64,000 nucleotides of DNA from Prochlorococcus sp. AG-409-F19 (GCA_003215795.1 QCJV01000001.1:20548-84547), one strand, 5' to 3'. Numbered from the stretch's first letter, positions 19,307 through 32,106 are shown. Program-made: numbers and translations. The notes: a model not told the origin generated them from the sequence alone.

Positions 19307-19581
19307 TATTTTTTCCCAGCAGGTACACCAGTTGAAGCCTCTGGATCCCAATGATCAATAATTCCAACTATGGTCAAATCGCTTGGATAAGACTTGCTCC
19401 CGGCTGCTTCTCTAGCCGCAGAGCTTCCAACACAAATGACCCAATCATCGGGCTTACACCCAACGGCATCTACGGCAACTTTTTTAGAGCTCCCATCCAA
19501 AACAACCTGAAGATGCCTGTGCTCAAAACCAGGTATACGATTTGTGGAAACAAGTGGTTTAACTACCTTGCAAATCAACAT
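19306..19581 (-). CDS. csoS4A: Carboxysome vertex protein A
   Basis: MLICKVVKPLVSTNRI..VAVDAVG..SDLTIVGIID. Confidence 0.95.
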   Translation of the reverse strand: MLICKVVKPLVSTNRIPGFEHRHLQVVLDGSSKKVAVDAVGCKPDDWVICVGSSAAREAAGSKSYPSDLTIVGIIDHWDPEASTGVPAGKK

Positions 19582-19582
19582 G

Positions 19583-21124
19583 TCAATGTTCCTCCTGAAG
19601 AACAGGATTGAGTGAAGACCCTACAACTTCTGCAGGGGATTTTGTATCTCGATCTCGAATAGTAAGGCATGTATGCAAGAGTCCATCATCTACCAAATAT
19701 CGATAACGTGAAAAGATAGCGCTATTTACTCTCTTGCAATCTGACAATGCTCTTTGTCTTGCACCAGGAACTTTCCCTGAATAATCAAATCTAATAACAA
19801 TAGGTATCGGTAAATCTCTTGAAACATTTAAACCCTTAAAAATCTTTATCCCAACATCTAAGTCGGGAGCACCTTCTTCAACAGTATCTAAATGAGCAAA
19901 GTAAGTAAGATTCCTTAAGTGAACTTCTTTAAATCCAATTCCTACACCTATAAAACGTTCGGCATGTCCTGCGTCTGGATACGAACCATTGTGAAAGTGA
20001 CGTACATAATCAATTTGAGAGATATTATTCACTATCAATCTGCGGATAAATTCAACCATTCCAGGTTTAGGTTGACCAGAAGCACCTAGATTTATTCTTT
20101 CAGAGATTTTAGACATCGCTTGATCAACAGAGAGGTGCTTTGTCTCTTCATAAATTTCAGAAGCACAAACCCAATCATCAAGATTTACATTATTATTAGA
20201 GTCTGGTACATGCACCCTAATTGCATCAGTATCTGTATCAAGGCCAACAAGTAAAAGATCGACAGAAGCTCCGCAACAAAAGCTATTTTCAATAGATTCT
20301 TGGAAATCAAGCAAAAGTTGGTACCCTGAAGCAGCGGCAAGCTTGTCATTACTACCATGAGCTGCACAACCCTGATGAGAAGGATCCAGTGAGCTGAAGT
20401 GATAAAGAACTACTTTTAAATAACAAGTTTGTTCATTAGGTGAATTTGGGGAATTTTCTCTATAACGCTCATGCTCTGTTTTTACCCATCTATTAACAGT
20501 ATTCTCAACATCAAACATTGCACCTGCATGAGATCTTCTGCGAACTGAACTAAATGGGATTCTTAATGCATAAGCAATAGAATGAGCCAAACGACCATCT
20601 GAACAAGGAGTTACATCTAACAAGTGAAAGCCACATTCGTAAAGAAATGATTGAAATGATTTTGCTGACTGACTATCAGAAGAAGCATTTAAAGGGTCTG
20701 AATGGAAAAACTTTTCACTTGAATGTTCATGAGCTTTAAAAACACATGCCGCAAACAAAGCTCGCATATCTAAAGGTTGCACCCAAGCTTTTTCAAGAAT
20801 ATGAATAGGAAGTTCGATTCCTAATTCTGCTTTTGCAAGTAGTTGAGACTTTTCAACAAAATCTTCTTCATGCTGGAGAGCAGAGATTCTCTTAAGAAAA
20901 GGGATAATCCGATCAAAACTTTCCTTGGTCTCAGATTCATAACACTGAAGTTTTTTATTTTCAACCAAATCAGTTAGAGGATGAGAGCTTGTAGAACTTA
21001 ATCCATTTGGCCTATTAACAGACTTTTGCTCAATTTTATTTTCCGTGGCAGAAGGAAAATGTTTTCTAGGTGCAGTCGGTCCTAGAAAAGTCTTTCTATT
21101 ATTGGCCAAACGTCTATAGGCCAT
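19583..21124 (-). CDS. csoSCA: Carboxysome carbonic anhydrase (CsoS3)
   Basis: TPCSDGRL and HFS..HQGCAAHGS Zn ligands; HAERFIGVG. Confidence 0.96.
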   Translation of the reverse strand: MAYRRLANNRKTFLGPTAPRKHFPSATENKIEQKSVNRPNGLSSTSSHPLTDLVENKKLQCYESETKESFDRIIPFLKRISALQHEEDFVEKSQLLAKAELGIELPIHILEKAWVQPLDMRALFAACVFKAHEHSSEKFFHSDPLNASSDSQSAKSFQSFLYECGFHLLDVTPCSDGRLAHSIAYALRIPFSSVRRRSHAGAMFDVENTVNRWVKTEHERYRENSPNSPNEQTCYLKVVLYHFSSLDPSHQGCAAHGSNDKLAAASGYQLLLDFQESIENSFCCGASVDLLLVGLDTDTDAIRVHVPDSNNNVNLDDWVCASEIYEETKHLSVDQAMSKISERINLGASGQPKPGMVEFIRRLIVNNISQIDYVRHFHNGSYPDAGHAERFIGVGIGFKEVHLRNLTYFAHLDTVEEGAPDLDVGIKIFKGLNVSRDLPIPIVIRFDYSGKVPGARQRALSDCKRVNSAIFSRYRYLVDDGLLHTCLTIRDRDTKSPAEVVGSSLNPVLQEEH

Positions 21125-21131
21125 TACTCAA

Positions 21132-23525
21132 TCAACCTCTTGCTCCACCCGAGAAAGTAACCAATTGGCCTTCTCCGGTATTTCCACTTGAGCCAGTTAT
21201 CAAAAGATCTGGTTTAGCTAGTTCTTCATTTCTTTTCTTATCAAATGCAGGCATTGCACTTTGCCCTCCAAGTCTAGAAGGATTACGTCTTCTTGCAGAT
21301 GCACCTTCAGTACCTGTAACGCTTTCACCTCTCGCCCAATCATCTCCGGTAATGTTTAAACCAGCAGATTGGCCTTCACCAGTAATTCTTGATATTGGAC
21401 GAGCAGATGATTCATTGGATTGAGACAAATCAACTTTAGATTGCTCTTGAGAAGTTGCTATTAAAGGTTTTTTATTGCCAAACCTAAATTGCTCCGTGCC
21501 AGTAACCTTATTAGGAGCCATGTCAAAAGGACCAGTTATGTTGGTAGATTTTTCATAACTAGTGCCTGTTACACCTGAAGCAGGATCACGATCTGATTGA
21601 GCAGATTTTGCCGGAGATGTAACTGTAAATCTATTACCAAAACTTGATGATCCAGCATCTTGATAATCACTACTTCCAACAGGAGCCGTTGCTCCACAAG
21701 CTTGAACAAGTTGATCTGCTCCAACATATGGAGTCCCAGTAAGAGTCTCACAAGCGCCTTTATCTGCTCCAGTCATTACACCACCAACACCTGGCTGCAG
21801 TCCTGTCATAGGAGCTGCAGGGGTGCCAATTCTTCTAGGCGTTCTATATTGGATTTCATCAAGTGCACGACTTTCACAAAGTTGAGCAGCTTCTTCCAAT
21901 CCAGTATAAGGAGTTCCAGTAACTGACTTACAAGTTCCCGGCTCATCTCCAGTAACCAAAGTTGATCTACCTGTCATTGTTCCACTCACTGACTGAGCTT
22001 TATTAGTCAAGCTTAAGCCAACCTTTTGAGCCTCTGGCGAAGGGGTGGCTCCACAAAAGGAGTCATATTGTTGAGATCCTACATATTCATCTCCAGTGAC
22101 ATTCTTGCAGCTCCCAGCTTCATCTCCAGTGACACTAGAATCTCTTCCTACTCCGGTACCTGTTACAGCTGTACCATTGAGTGTATTAAAAACACCTACT
22201 TTTCTTGCTGGTCTTCCATCTGGCAAAGGATCTGCCCCCAAATATTGATCGCCAGTAAGATTCTTATTAGAACCCGCTTCATCTCCAGTGACACTACCTG
22301 AGCGGCCGACCATAACACCACTTACTTTTCGCCCATCTTGAGTAAGACTTTGGCCAACTTTTAACGGAGAAGGATTTACTCCTCCGCAATAAGAAGTTGA
22401 TTGATTAGCTGATATGTATTCTGTCCCTGTCAGATTTTTACAAGTCCCAGGCTCATCTCCAGTGACTTTCTCGGAGCGACCTACTTCATTTCCAGTAACC
22501 TGATTTCCATGTGAAGTATTTGTAACGGCAACTTTAGGTGGTTGAGATGGTGAAGAGGGTGGGGTCTGGCAGAAAGTATTAATTGTATCTGCACCTAAAT
22601 ATTGTGTACCAGTAACAGAACGACAGGTACTTGCTTCATTACCAGTGGTTTTAATCGATCTATTAGCTTGTGTACCCGTAACAATCTGTCCAGAAGAAGT
22701 TTGACTTACTCCAACTTTCCAATGAGCATCCGCAGCTAATGCTGACTCCTTTGATCCATTTTTATTTGGACCACAAGGTCTCGTTCCACAAGAGCGCTTT
22801 TCACCTGTAGCACCACTTTTACTTCTAAGTTCTCTAACACGCTGAGATATTTCACGACTGGATAAGTCAGGGTTACCTTGACGAGCTACTGCGGCAGGAG
22901 TTGTTGGTTGAATAGAAGCAGATTTGCCATATTTAGACAATGATTCTCTTCTTGCTAGAACAAGCGATCTACTAGTATTTTCTATTGCTCTTCGTTTAGG
23001 AGTAGAATTGCGACGAGGAGTAGCTTTAGAAATATTAAGAACTAAATTACTTGTATTTCCAGATTCTAACTGACGTGCTTTTTCTTGTGCACAAGGTTCA
23101 CAACAAGCTTCCACTTGGGTATTAACTGAAACTACTTTCGAAGATTCTTTTGAAGCATTTTTCGCAACATCTACTCTTGTTCTATCTTGACTTTTATCTG
23201 CTGTCTTACCACGCTGAGAGAGAGCTTCACGACGAGCAAGAACCAACTCTCTACTAGGATTACTTATTGGCCTAGGATTCCTTATTTTGGAATGACTGTT
23301 TGTTGATGGCACAGAAATAGATGTTTGTGAATGCACTTTTTGGGCTGCATTTATCTGGTTTTTACTTGACTTAATAAAGGTTTTATCAGTCCTTGTAACG
23401 CCTACATCAGATGCAGATCTAACGCGATTAGGACTTGATGAGCTTAGTCCAGAGGCCTTTTTACCTCCAGTACTAAGAGCCTTACGACGCTCAAGTGCAA
23501 GTTCTCTACTAGATTGTGATGCCAT
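21132..23525 (-). CDS. csoS2: Carboxysome assembly scaffold protein
   Basis: Four N-terminal SRExxxxR helix repeats, many [VIL]TG repeats, C-terminal TFSGGARG. Confidence 0.97.
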   Translation of the reverse strand: MASQSSRELALERRKALSTGGKKASGLSSSSPNRVRSASDVGVTRTDKTFIKSSKNQINAAQKVHSQTSISVPSTNSHSKIRNPRPISNPSRELVLARREALSQRGKTADKSQDRTRVDVAKNASKESSKVVSVNTQVEACCEPCAQEKARQLESGNTSNLVLNISKATPRRNSTPKRRAIENTSRSLVLARRESLSKYGKSASIQPTTPAAVARQGNPDLSSREISQRVRELRSKSGATGEKRSCGTRPCGPNKNGSKESALAADAHWKVGVSQTSSGQIVTGTQANRSIKTTGNEASTCRSVTGTQYLGADTINTFCQTPPSSPSQPPKVAVTNTSHGNQVTGNEVGRSEKVTGDEPGTCKNLTGTEYISANQSTSYCGGVNPSPLKVGQSLTQDGRKVSGVMVGRSGSVTGDEAGSNKNLTGDQYLGADPLPDGRPARKVGVFNTLNGTAVTGTGVGRDSSVTGDEAGSCKNVTGDEYVGSQQYDSFCGATPSPEAQKVGLSLTNKAQSVSGTMTGRSTLVTGDEPGTCKSVTGTPYTGLEEAAQLCESRALDEIQYRTPRRIGTPAAPMTGLQPGVGGVMTGADKGACETLTGTPYVGADQLVQACGATAPVGSSDYQDAGSSSFGNRFTVTSPAKSAQSDRDPASGVTGTSYEKSTNITGPFDMAPNKVTGTEQFRFGNKKPLIATSQEQSKVDLSQSNESSARPISRITGEGQSAGLNITGDDWARGESVTGTEGASARRRNPSRLGGQSAMPAFDKKRNEELAKPDLLITGSSGNTGEGQLVTFSGGARG

Positions 23526-23586
23526 GTCCGCCCTTTGAAAACTTTGTAATTAGAGAAGATTAGATCTCCTCCTTAAATAAAAATAG

Positions 23587-23610
23587 ATAGCCTCGAGGAA
23601 TCGAGGCTAT
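23587..23610 (-). terminator. Stem-loop or terminator between cbbS and csoS2
   Basis: Perfect 10-bp stem ATAGCCTCGA/TCGAGGCTAT with 4-nt loop, followed on the minus strand by CTATTTTTATTT. Confidence 0.8.
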
Positions 23611-23631
23611 TTAAAATTGGTAACTGAAGAA

Positions 23632-23973
23632 TCAACGACCTTGAAAAACTACGAAAGCTGTACCTTGACTTTGGGTATAAGCGTCATAGCCAACCATTCG
23701 AACATGGTGATCAGGATATGCACGATGGCAAGCTTCAAGCTCGTTAACAACCACGTTTAGATCCTTCTCTCCGAAGAAAGGTAGTTTCCAATAAGACCAA
23801 TAGGACTGCATGGAACCACTTGGATGAACATGCTCGATAACAGGGCTCCAACCCTGAGCAATGATGTAAGCAATTTGATCGTAAATTTCTTCCTGGGACA
23901 TTGGAGGCAAGAAGCCGAAAGTCTCCAGGGTGGCAACTGTTTGATAGTCACCAACTGTACTCTGGAAAGGCAT
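23632..23973 (-). CDS. cbbS: RuBisCO small subunit, form IA
   Basis: MPFQSTVGDYQTVATLETFGFLPP..YWSYWKLPFFG; ATG at 23973. Confidence 0.97.
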   Translation of the reverse strand: MPFQSTVGDYQTVATLETFGFLPPMSQEEIYDQIAYIIAQGWSPVIEHVHPSGSMQSYWSYWKLPFFGEKDLNVVVNELEACHRAYPDHHVRMVGYDAYTQSQGTAFVVFQGR

Positions 23974-24039
23974 GGTGAACCTGTGAGTGAATGAATAAAC
24001 GCCGTGTTGTATCGGCAAAAAGTTTTTGAGGAAAAAGAT

Positions 24040-24063
24040 GAAGGAGACCAAATTGCCTCCTTC
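24040..24063 (-). terminator. Intercistronic stem-loop between cbbL and cbbS
   Basis: Minus strand GAAGGAGGC-AATTTG-GTCTCCTTC followed by ATCTTTTT. Confidence 0.6.
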
Positions 24064-24072
24064 TATTAGCTG

Positions 24073-25485
24073 TTACTGAACGTCAAGTTTGTCTACAGTA
24101 TCAAACTCAAACTTGATCTCCTTCCAGGTTTCTAGAGCAATAGCCAACTCTGGGCTGTGCTTAGCCGCTTCCATAAGGATGTCACGACTTTCTTTTTCAA
24201 TCTCTCTTCCAGCATTACGTGCTTTCACGCATGCTTCTAGAGCTACACGGTTAGCAGCTGCACCAGCGGCAGATCCCCAAGGATGACCATGAGTACCACC
24301 ACCAAACTGCAGACAGGAATCGTCACCGAAGATTGCTAGCAATGCTGGCATATGCCATACATGAATACCACCGGAGGCTACAGCAAACACACCAGGCATA
24401 GAACCCCAGTCCTGATCAAAGAAATTACCCCTTGTACGGTCTTCTGGAACGAAAGATTCGCGAAGGTTATCGATATAGCCAAGAGTCGTTTGACGGTCAC
24501 CTTCTAACTTACCTACAACTGTTCCGGTATGAAGTTGGTCACCACCTGAAAGACGTAAGCACTTAGCTAGAACACGGAAATGAATACCGTGCTTAGGATG
24601 ACGGTCAATAACCGCATGCATTGCTCTATGAATATGAAGCAGCATTCCATTCTTACGACACCAGTTAGCCAATCCTGTGTTAGCAGTAAAGCCACCAGTT
24701 ATGTAATCATGCATGATGATAGGCATATCAAGTTCTTTAGCGAACTCTGCACGCTCATACATCTCTTCAGGTGTAGTGGCTGTGCAATTTAGATAGTGCC
24801 CCTTAACTTCGCCAGTCTCTTGCTGAGCAAGCTTTACAGCTTCAGCAACAAACTCAAAGCGCTCTCTCCAGCGCTGGAAGGGTTGAGAGTTTATGTTCTC
24901 ATCATCCTTGGTAAGGTCTAATCCACCGCGTAAGCATTCATAGACAACTCGTCCATAGTTTTTACCAGACAAGCCAAGCTTTGGTTTAATGGTGCAACCA
25001 AGAAGAGGACGGCCATACTTATTCAAGCGATCACGCTCTACAACAATTCCGTTAGGAGGTCCGCCACATGTCTTAATAAAAGCCATAGGGAAGCGGATAT
25101 CTTCTAAACGCAAATGGCGTAAAGCTTTGAATCCAAAAACATTACCAACTAAAGAAGTCAGAACGTTAGTAATAGAACCTTCTTCAAAAAGGTCTAAAGG
25201 ATAAGCAATAAATGCATAAAAAGATTCCTTATCTCCAGGAACATCTTCTATTCGATAGCAACGTCCCTTGTAAAACTCAAGGTCAGTTAACAATTCAGAC
25301 CAAACAGTTGACCAAGTACCTGTGGATGATTCTGCAGCCACAGCAGCTGCAACTTCCTCTCTTGGAACTCCTTCTTGGCCTGTGCATTTAAAACAAGCCA
25401 AAAGGTCTGTGTCTAGGGGCACATAGTCGGGAGTCCAGTAGGTGTCTCTGTACTCCTTAACCCCAGCGTCATACTTCTTACTCAT
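24073..25485 (-). CDS. cbbL: RuBisCO large subunit, form IA
   Basis: [21 protein letters not shown] and VVGKLEG motifs. Confidence 0.99.
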   Translation of the reverse strand: MSKKYDAGVKEYRDTYWTPDYVPLDTDLLACFKCTGQEGVPREEVAAAVAAESSTGTWSTVWSELLTDLEFYKGRCYRIEDVPGDKESFYAFIAYPLDLFEEGSITNVLTSLVGNVFGFKALRHLRLEDIRFPMAFIKTCGGPPNGIVVERDRLNKYGRPLLGCTIKPKLGLSGKNYGRVVYECLRGGLDLTKDDENINSQPFQRWRERFEFVAEAVKLAQQETGEVKGHYLNCTATTPEEMYERAEFAKELDMPIIMHDYITGGFTANTGLANWCRKNGMLLHIHRAMHAVIDRHPKHGIHFRVLAKCLRLSGGDQLHTGTVVGKLEGDRQTTLGYIDNLRESFVPEDRTRGNFFDQDWGSMPGVFAVASGGIHVWHMPALLAIFGDDSCLQFGGGTHGHPWGSAAGAAANRVALEACVKARNAGREIEKESRDILMEAAKHSPELAIALETWKEIKFEFDTVDKLDVQ

Positions 25486-25554
25486 GGGATAACTCCTTTA
25501 GATCGATTTAGGGAAATGAAATCAAGCTTTTTGCTAGATAAAGCGCTTTAGACT

Positions 25555-25866
25555 TCAGTCCTTTTGACCAAGAAAATTGCCGTTACCCAATGCAGGCTCA
25601 ACTTCTCTGTGAGGGCGAGCAATGATGTGAGCAGCAACAAGTCCGTCTCCTACACGCTCACAAGCGTCAGCGCCAGCACGAACAGCAGCGTTAACTGCAC
25701 CTGTTTCTCCACGAACTAAAACTGTAACGTAACCACCACCAACAAATTCACGACCTATTAGGCGTACTTCAGCAGCCTTAGTCATTGCGTCAGCAGCTTC
25801 AATAGCTGGTACAAGGCCGCGTGTCTCGATCATGCCGAGTGCTATGCCCATAGTTTCGGTAGCCAT
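25555..25866 (-). CDS. csoS1: Major carboxysome shell hexamer
   Basis: MATETMGIALGMIETRGLVPAIEAAD; ATG at 25866. Confidence 0.97.
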   Translation of the reverse strand: MATETMGIALGMIETRGLVPAIEAADAMTKAAEVRLIGREFVGGGYVTVLVRGETGAVNAAVRAGADACERVGDGLVAAHIIARPHREVEPALGNGNFLGQKD

Positions 25867-25906
25867 ATGCCTTACGAAAAATAAAGGATTGGAATGTTCA
25901 TGCAAG

Positions 25907-25936
25907 ACAATGCACTGTTATGTATATGTAAGTCAA
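25907..25936 (-). promoter_or_regulatory. Putative sigma-70 promoter of the cso operon
   Basis: Minus strand TTGACT-18 nt-CATTGT, about 40 nt upstream of the csoS1 start. Confidence 0.5.
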
Positions 25937-25975
25937 GAGTTTTTCACTAAAAAAGCTATCACCGTAGCTACTTAG

Positions 25976-25998
25976 AGTGATAAGCCAGGCTTATCACT
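25976..25998. promoter_or_regulatory. Perfect palindrome, LysR (RbcR/CbbR)-type operator candidate
   Basis: AGTGATAAGCC-A-GGCTTATCACT containing a TAA-N7-TTA (T-N11-A) core. Confidence 0.65.
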
Positions 25999-26217
25999 GC
26001 TGCTATCACTGATAAAGTGCTCTTCTTATTTGCCTGTTAGGGTAGTCCAACAATTAACTATTTAACAAAGAATTTCTGGTTATCTTTTTTAAAAGACAGG
26101 CACCCTGCCAAATAGCAAGGGATGGAATGTTCAAGCCAAACCTGTCTTTAACTTATTGATATTGATCAGCTAGTCTATATCTCAACTATTATTCAACTTT
26201 CAAAGAGCTTACTTATC

Positions 26218-26802
26218 TTGAACAAACCACTACTAACTATTGCTAGTGGAAATCCTAGAAAAGTTGCTGAGATTGAGGCAATGCTAGGTCCTCTTCCTAT
26301 TCAAATTCAGCGTCAACCCGACAATTTCTCAGTTGAAGAGACCGGTTCAACTTATATAGAAAACGCCATAATTAAAGCTAAAGCAGTATCAGAATTAACT
26401 CACACATGGACAATCGCAGATGATTCTGGCCTTGAGGTTGATGCACTTAACGGGGCTCCAGGAATTTACTCAGCTAGATATGCGGAGAACAACGAACAAA
26501 AGCTTAGGAAGCTACTTGACCAATTAGCTGAGAGCCCTTACCGCAGCGCTCGATTACGTAGCGCAATGGTTTTGTGTGACCCTAATGGCAATAACATCTA
26601 CGAAGCAGAAGGTACCTGCTGGGGAGAAGTTTTAAGAAAGCCTGCATATCCTGGAGGAGAATTTGAATCACTCTTCTGGGTAAGAGAAGCAAATTGTACT
26701 TATGGAGAGCTTAATCAAGAACAATTATCAAGACTAGGAAGCAGAGGAAAGGCCGCTCGAAAATTGGCACCATGCCTTCTGAAAAAATTAGGCCTAAATT
26801 AA
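26218..26802 (+). CDS. HAM1/RdgB family non-canonical purine NTP pyrophosphatase
   Basis: ASGNPRK, EETGSTY.ENA..KA, ADDSGLEVDALNGAPGIYSARY. Confidence 0.9.
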   Translation: MNKPLLTIASGNPRKVAEIEAMLGPLPIQIQRQPDNFSVEETGSTYIENAIIKAKAVSELTHTWTIADDSGLEVDALNGAPGIYSARYAENNEQKLRKLLDQLAESPYRSARLRSAMVLCDPNGNNIYEAEGTCWGEVLRKPAYPGGEFESLFWVREANCTYGELNQEQLSRLGSRGKAARKLAPCLLKKLGLN

Positions 26803-26818
26803 AAAAACAAGAAATTTC

Positions 26819-27589
26819 TTATTGGCGATTAATTTGATCAATTGACCTCATTGCAGCTGCCGCTGCTTCTTCAACATCACCTTCACGACCAGCAAGAGTT
26901 AATCTCCCAAAAGCACCAACACCCTTTACATCAACAACTGTGATATTAGAAGCCTTCTCAGCTTCATTTGCGGCCATTAAGACATATCCCGCAGGCTCGG
27001 TTTCAAGAATAAACATGCTCATACCAGATTGAATCATTGATCCTCTTCGATTCTGACGATTAATTAAAACAGCATGATCTGGAGTAATTGCTCTAATCAC
27101 TTCAGTCCAGCTAACTTGAGGATTAGTTCGTCTACTTACGCTGCTCCCGATAGCATCCAGCACAACATCGCCAGAATGAAGAACTGTACTTTGATCTCGG
27201 TGATACAACGCCAAAGAGCCAAATGCTCTTTCTACAACCATTTGTCCGAGCCTTACATTGCTAGCTTTTAAGGCAATATCAGTCACTCTGTGCACGGCCA
27301 TTCCTGGAGAAACTTCCATCCAGAGACAAGCATCGCCTGGGATAGGAAGAAAGCCTTGACTCACCGTGCCCATATATGCAGCCAACTGAGGTTGCAAAGA
27401 ATCTAAAAAAACATAACTTCTCAACTCAATTTGCTGGACATGGCTTGCCTGACGAGATACAAGTGATTTTTCTGAATCAGTAGTAATAACGCAGCTTGCT
27501 CCTGCCTGAGGGCCAACCTCAGAACCTGTTACAAGCGCCCCCCCAGAGAGTCGTCGCTCACCATTTTTATAATTAGCAGGAGCATTCAT
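26819..27589 (-). CDS. csoS1D: Tandem-BMC carboxysome shell protein
   Basis: [26 protein letters not shown] and GAFGRL motifs. Confidence 0.93.
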   Translation of the reverse strand: MNAPANYKNGERRLSGGALVTGSEVGPQAGASCVITTDSEKSLVSRQASHVQQIELRSYVFLDSLQPQLAAYMGTVSQGFLPIPGDACLWMEVSPGMAVHRVTDIALKASNVRLGQMVVERAFGSLALYHRDQSTVLHSGDVVLDAIGSSVSRRTNPQVSWTEVIRAITPDHAVLINRQNRRGSMIQSGMSMFILETEPAGYVLMAANEAEKASNITVVDVKGVGAFGRLTLAGREGDVEEAAAAAMRSIDQINRQ

Positions 27590-27688
27590 TCCGGGGATAC
27601 TACCTGAAAGATTGTCTTTTTAGCTAATTAAAAGTCTTGCAAGCTTAAATTCGAACCGATATCTTCAAAGAAATATAGTAAAAAAAAG

Positions 27689-28060
27689 ATGTCTGCCTCC
27701 CCAAAAAAAGCAATCGACTCCCAAGCCATACCAAACGATTTGAATCCTGAGCAAGCTCTTGGTCTTGTTGGTTTAGGAATGATGCAAAAAATATCTAGAG
27801 AGGGAACCTCGAAGTTAAGATTAGTTGAAGATAATGAAGGAAAATGTGATCTGCATACACTTCGCCAACGTCTCGAACTAATCGCCTTAGCAATAGAGTC
27901 TGGCGCACCATTAAGCACTAGTGAAGCCGCATATCTACTTGGAGCTCGTCCTGGCTCATCAAAGACAACAAGAGGCGGATTAGTAGCGAGACGAATAAGT
28001 AGAAATGTATGGAAACTTTCTAAATCGGATAGTGAGGAATCCTCATATTGGAGGAATTAA
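27689..28060 (+). CDS. Hypothetical protein, possible winged-helix C-terminus
   Basis: LRQRLELIALAIESGAPLSTSEAAYLLGARPG..RGGL..RNVWKL. Confidence 0.75.
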   Translation: MSASPKKAIDSQAIPNDLNPEQALGLVGLGMMQKISREGTSKLRLVEDNEGKCDLHTLRQRLELIALAIESGAPLSTSEAAYLLGARPGSSKTTRGGLVARRISRNVWKLSKSDSEESSYWRN

Positions 28061-28181
28061 TCCAAAGACGAAAAGCAAAGAGAATAAATAAAAAGCAACA
28101 ATCTATATATTGAATTCCGGAAATTTTGTTGATAGTAATTACATCTTTCCATTAGTAGATAGAATTCATATATGTAAATGA

Positions 28182-29447
<1,266 letters not shown>

Positions 29448-29451
29448 ACCT

Positions 29452-31029
29452 ATGGAACTAACACTCTGGACATATGAAGGGCCACCTCATATAGGTGCAA
29501 TGAGGATCGCAACGTCAATGAAAGGACTTCATTATGTTTTACATGCTCCTCAAGGAGATACATATGCAGATCTTCTTTTCACAATGATAGAAAGGAGAGG
29601 TTCTAGGCCTCCAGTTACCTATACCACTTTTCAAGCCAAAGACCTAGGAGGAGATACAGCAGAATTAGTCAAGGGTCATATTTCTGAAGCAGTAGAGCGC
29701 TTTAAGCCTGAGGCTTTGCTTGTTGGTGAAAGTTGTACAGCTGAATTAATTCAAGACCAACCAGGGTCTCTAGCAAAAGGGATGGGATTAAACCTTCCTA
29801 TAATCAGCCTAGAACTTCCAGCCTATAGCAAGAAAGAAAACTGGGGTGCTGCTGAAACTTTTTACCAATTAGTTAGAGGGCTATTGAAAGACATTGCAGA
29901 AGATTTTTCAAAACAATCTAAAATTTCCTGGAAAGAAGCAGGAAGACGACCAAGAGTAAATTTACTAGGTCCATCCTTATTAGGATTCAGATGTAGGGAT
30001 GACGTATTAGAAATACAAAAGATCCTTGGCGAAAATGGAATTGATATAAATGTGATCGCGCCATTAGGGGCAGCCCCTAGCGATTTAATTAGACTCCCGA
30101 AGGCAGATGCAAATGTTTGCCTATATCCTGAGATTGCAGAATCAACCTGCATCTGGCTTGAACGTAATTTCAATATCCCATTCACAACTACTGTCCCTAT
30201 AGGAGTTAAAGCAACTCAAGATTTTCTTGAAGAACTTTGTTCCTTGCTAGATATTGAGATCTCAAGCCTAATCAACAAACCCGAGAAATCCAAGCTCCCA
30301 TGGTATTCAAAATCTGTTGATTCCAACTACCTCACAGGAAAGAGGGTTTTCATTTTTGGCGATGGAACACATGTTATAGCTGCTGCAAGAATTGCGAATG
30401 AAGAGCTCGGCTTTGAAGTAGTAGGCATGGGAACATACAGTCGAGAAATGGCTCGAAAAGTTAGAGCTGCAGCAAAAGAACTTGGGTTAGAAGCTTTAAT
30501 TACAAACGACTACTTAGAAGTTGAAGAAGCTATGAAAGATTCTGCTCCAGAGCTAGTTCTTGGGACTCAAATGGAAAGGCATAGCGCTAAAAGGCTTGGT
30601 ATCCCCTGCGCAGTAATAAGCACACCTATGCACGTCCAAGACGTTCCGGCACGATATAGTCCTCAGATGGGATGGGAAGGTGCAAATGTAATTTTTGACG
30701 ATTGGGTTCATCCTCTAATGATGGGATTGGAAGAACACCTAATAGGAATGTTCCGTCATGATTTTGAATTCAAGGATGGACATCAAAGTCATTTAGGTCA
30801 TCTAGGAGGACATACTAATGAATCAGAAAAAATATCTAAGGGAATGAATCAAACTTCTACAGAAAAAACCCTTCTTTGGACTCCAGAAGGGGAATTAGAG
30901 TTATCTAAAATTCCGTTCTTTGTTAGAGGGAAAGTTCGAAGAAATACTGAAAAGTATGCAATTCAAGTTGGTTGCAAGCAAATTGATGGAGAAACCTTAC
31001 TTGACGCAAAGGCTTATTTTTCAAAGTAA
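29452..31029 (+). CDS. chlB: Dark-operative protochlorophyllide reductase subunit B
   Basis: [20 protein letters not shown]-terminal PCP_red domain ([10 protein letters not shown]). Confidence 0.97.
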   Translation: MELTLWTYEGPPHIGAMRIATSMKGLHYVLHAPQGDTYADLLFTMIERRGSRPPVTYTTFQAKDLGGDTAELVKGHISEAVERFKPEALLVGESCTAELIQDQPGSLAKGMGLNLPIISLELPAYSKKENWGAAETFYQLVRGLLKDIAEDFSKQSKISWKEAGRRPRVNLLGPSLLGFRCRDDVLEIQKILGENGIDINVIAPLGAAPSDLIRLPKADANVCLYPEIAESTCIWLERNFNIPFTTTVPIGVKATQDFLEELCSLLDIEISSLINKPEKSKLPWYSKSVDSNYLTGKRVFIFGDGTHVIAAARIANEELGFEVVGMGTYSREMARKVRAAAKELGLEALITNDYLEVEEAMKDSAPELVLGTQMERHSAKRLGIPCAVISTPMHVQDVPARYSPQMGWEGANVIFDDWVHPLMMGLEEHLIGMFRHDFEFKDGHQSHLGHLGGHTNESEKISKGMNQTSTEKTLLWTPEGELELSKIPFFVRGKVRRNTEKYAIQVGCKQIDGETLLDAKAYFSK

Positions 31030-31203
31030 ATTATGCTAAAAAAAAAACCTTTAGTTATGAGTATTTAGTCCTATTTACTGTTTCTAGTTTTTGAAATGTG
31101 TACATATCAAAACTCTTTTCCGAAACTGCTTGTATCTAATTAACCAAATATTTACTAACTAATGATATTCCTGCTTAAATGTATAAACAACTGTTTGAAT
31201 TAG

Positions 31204-32106
<903 letters not shown>

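Noticed and set aside
21500-22700. Recurrent TCATCTCCAGT-like DNA repeats, possibly CRISPR-like
   Set aside because: They encode the VTGDE protein repeats of CsoS2; no cas genes or constant repeat-spacer structure
21132-23525. Programmed -1 frameshift in csoS2, as in Halothiobacillus
   Set aside because: No CCCAAAG-type slippery heptamer at the KV repeat junctions I checked; not scanned exhaustively
26003-26014. CTATCACTGATA matches the tetO core
   Set aside because: Flanks do not match and no TetR gene is present; treated as part of the TATCAC array
31038-31047. A10 run after chlB
   Set aside because: Unremarkable in AT-rich intergenic DNA
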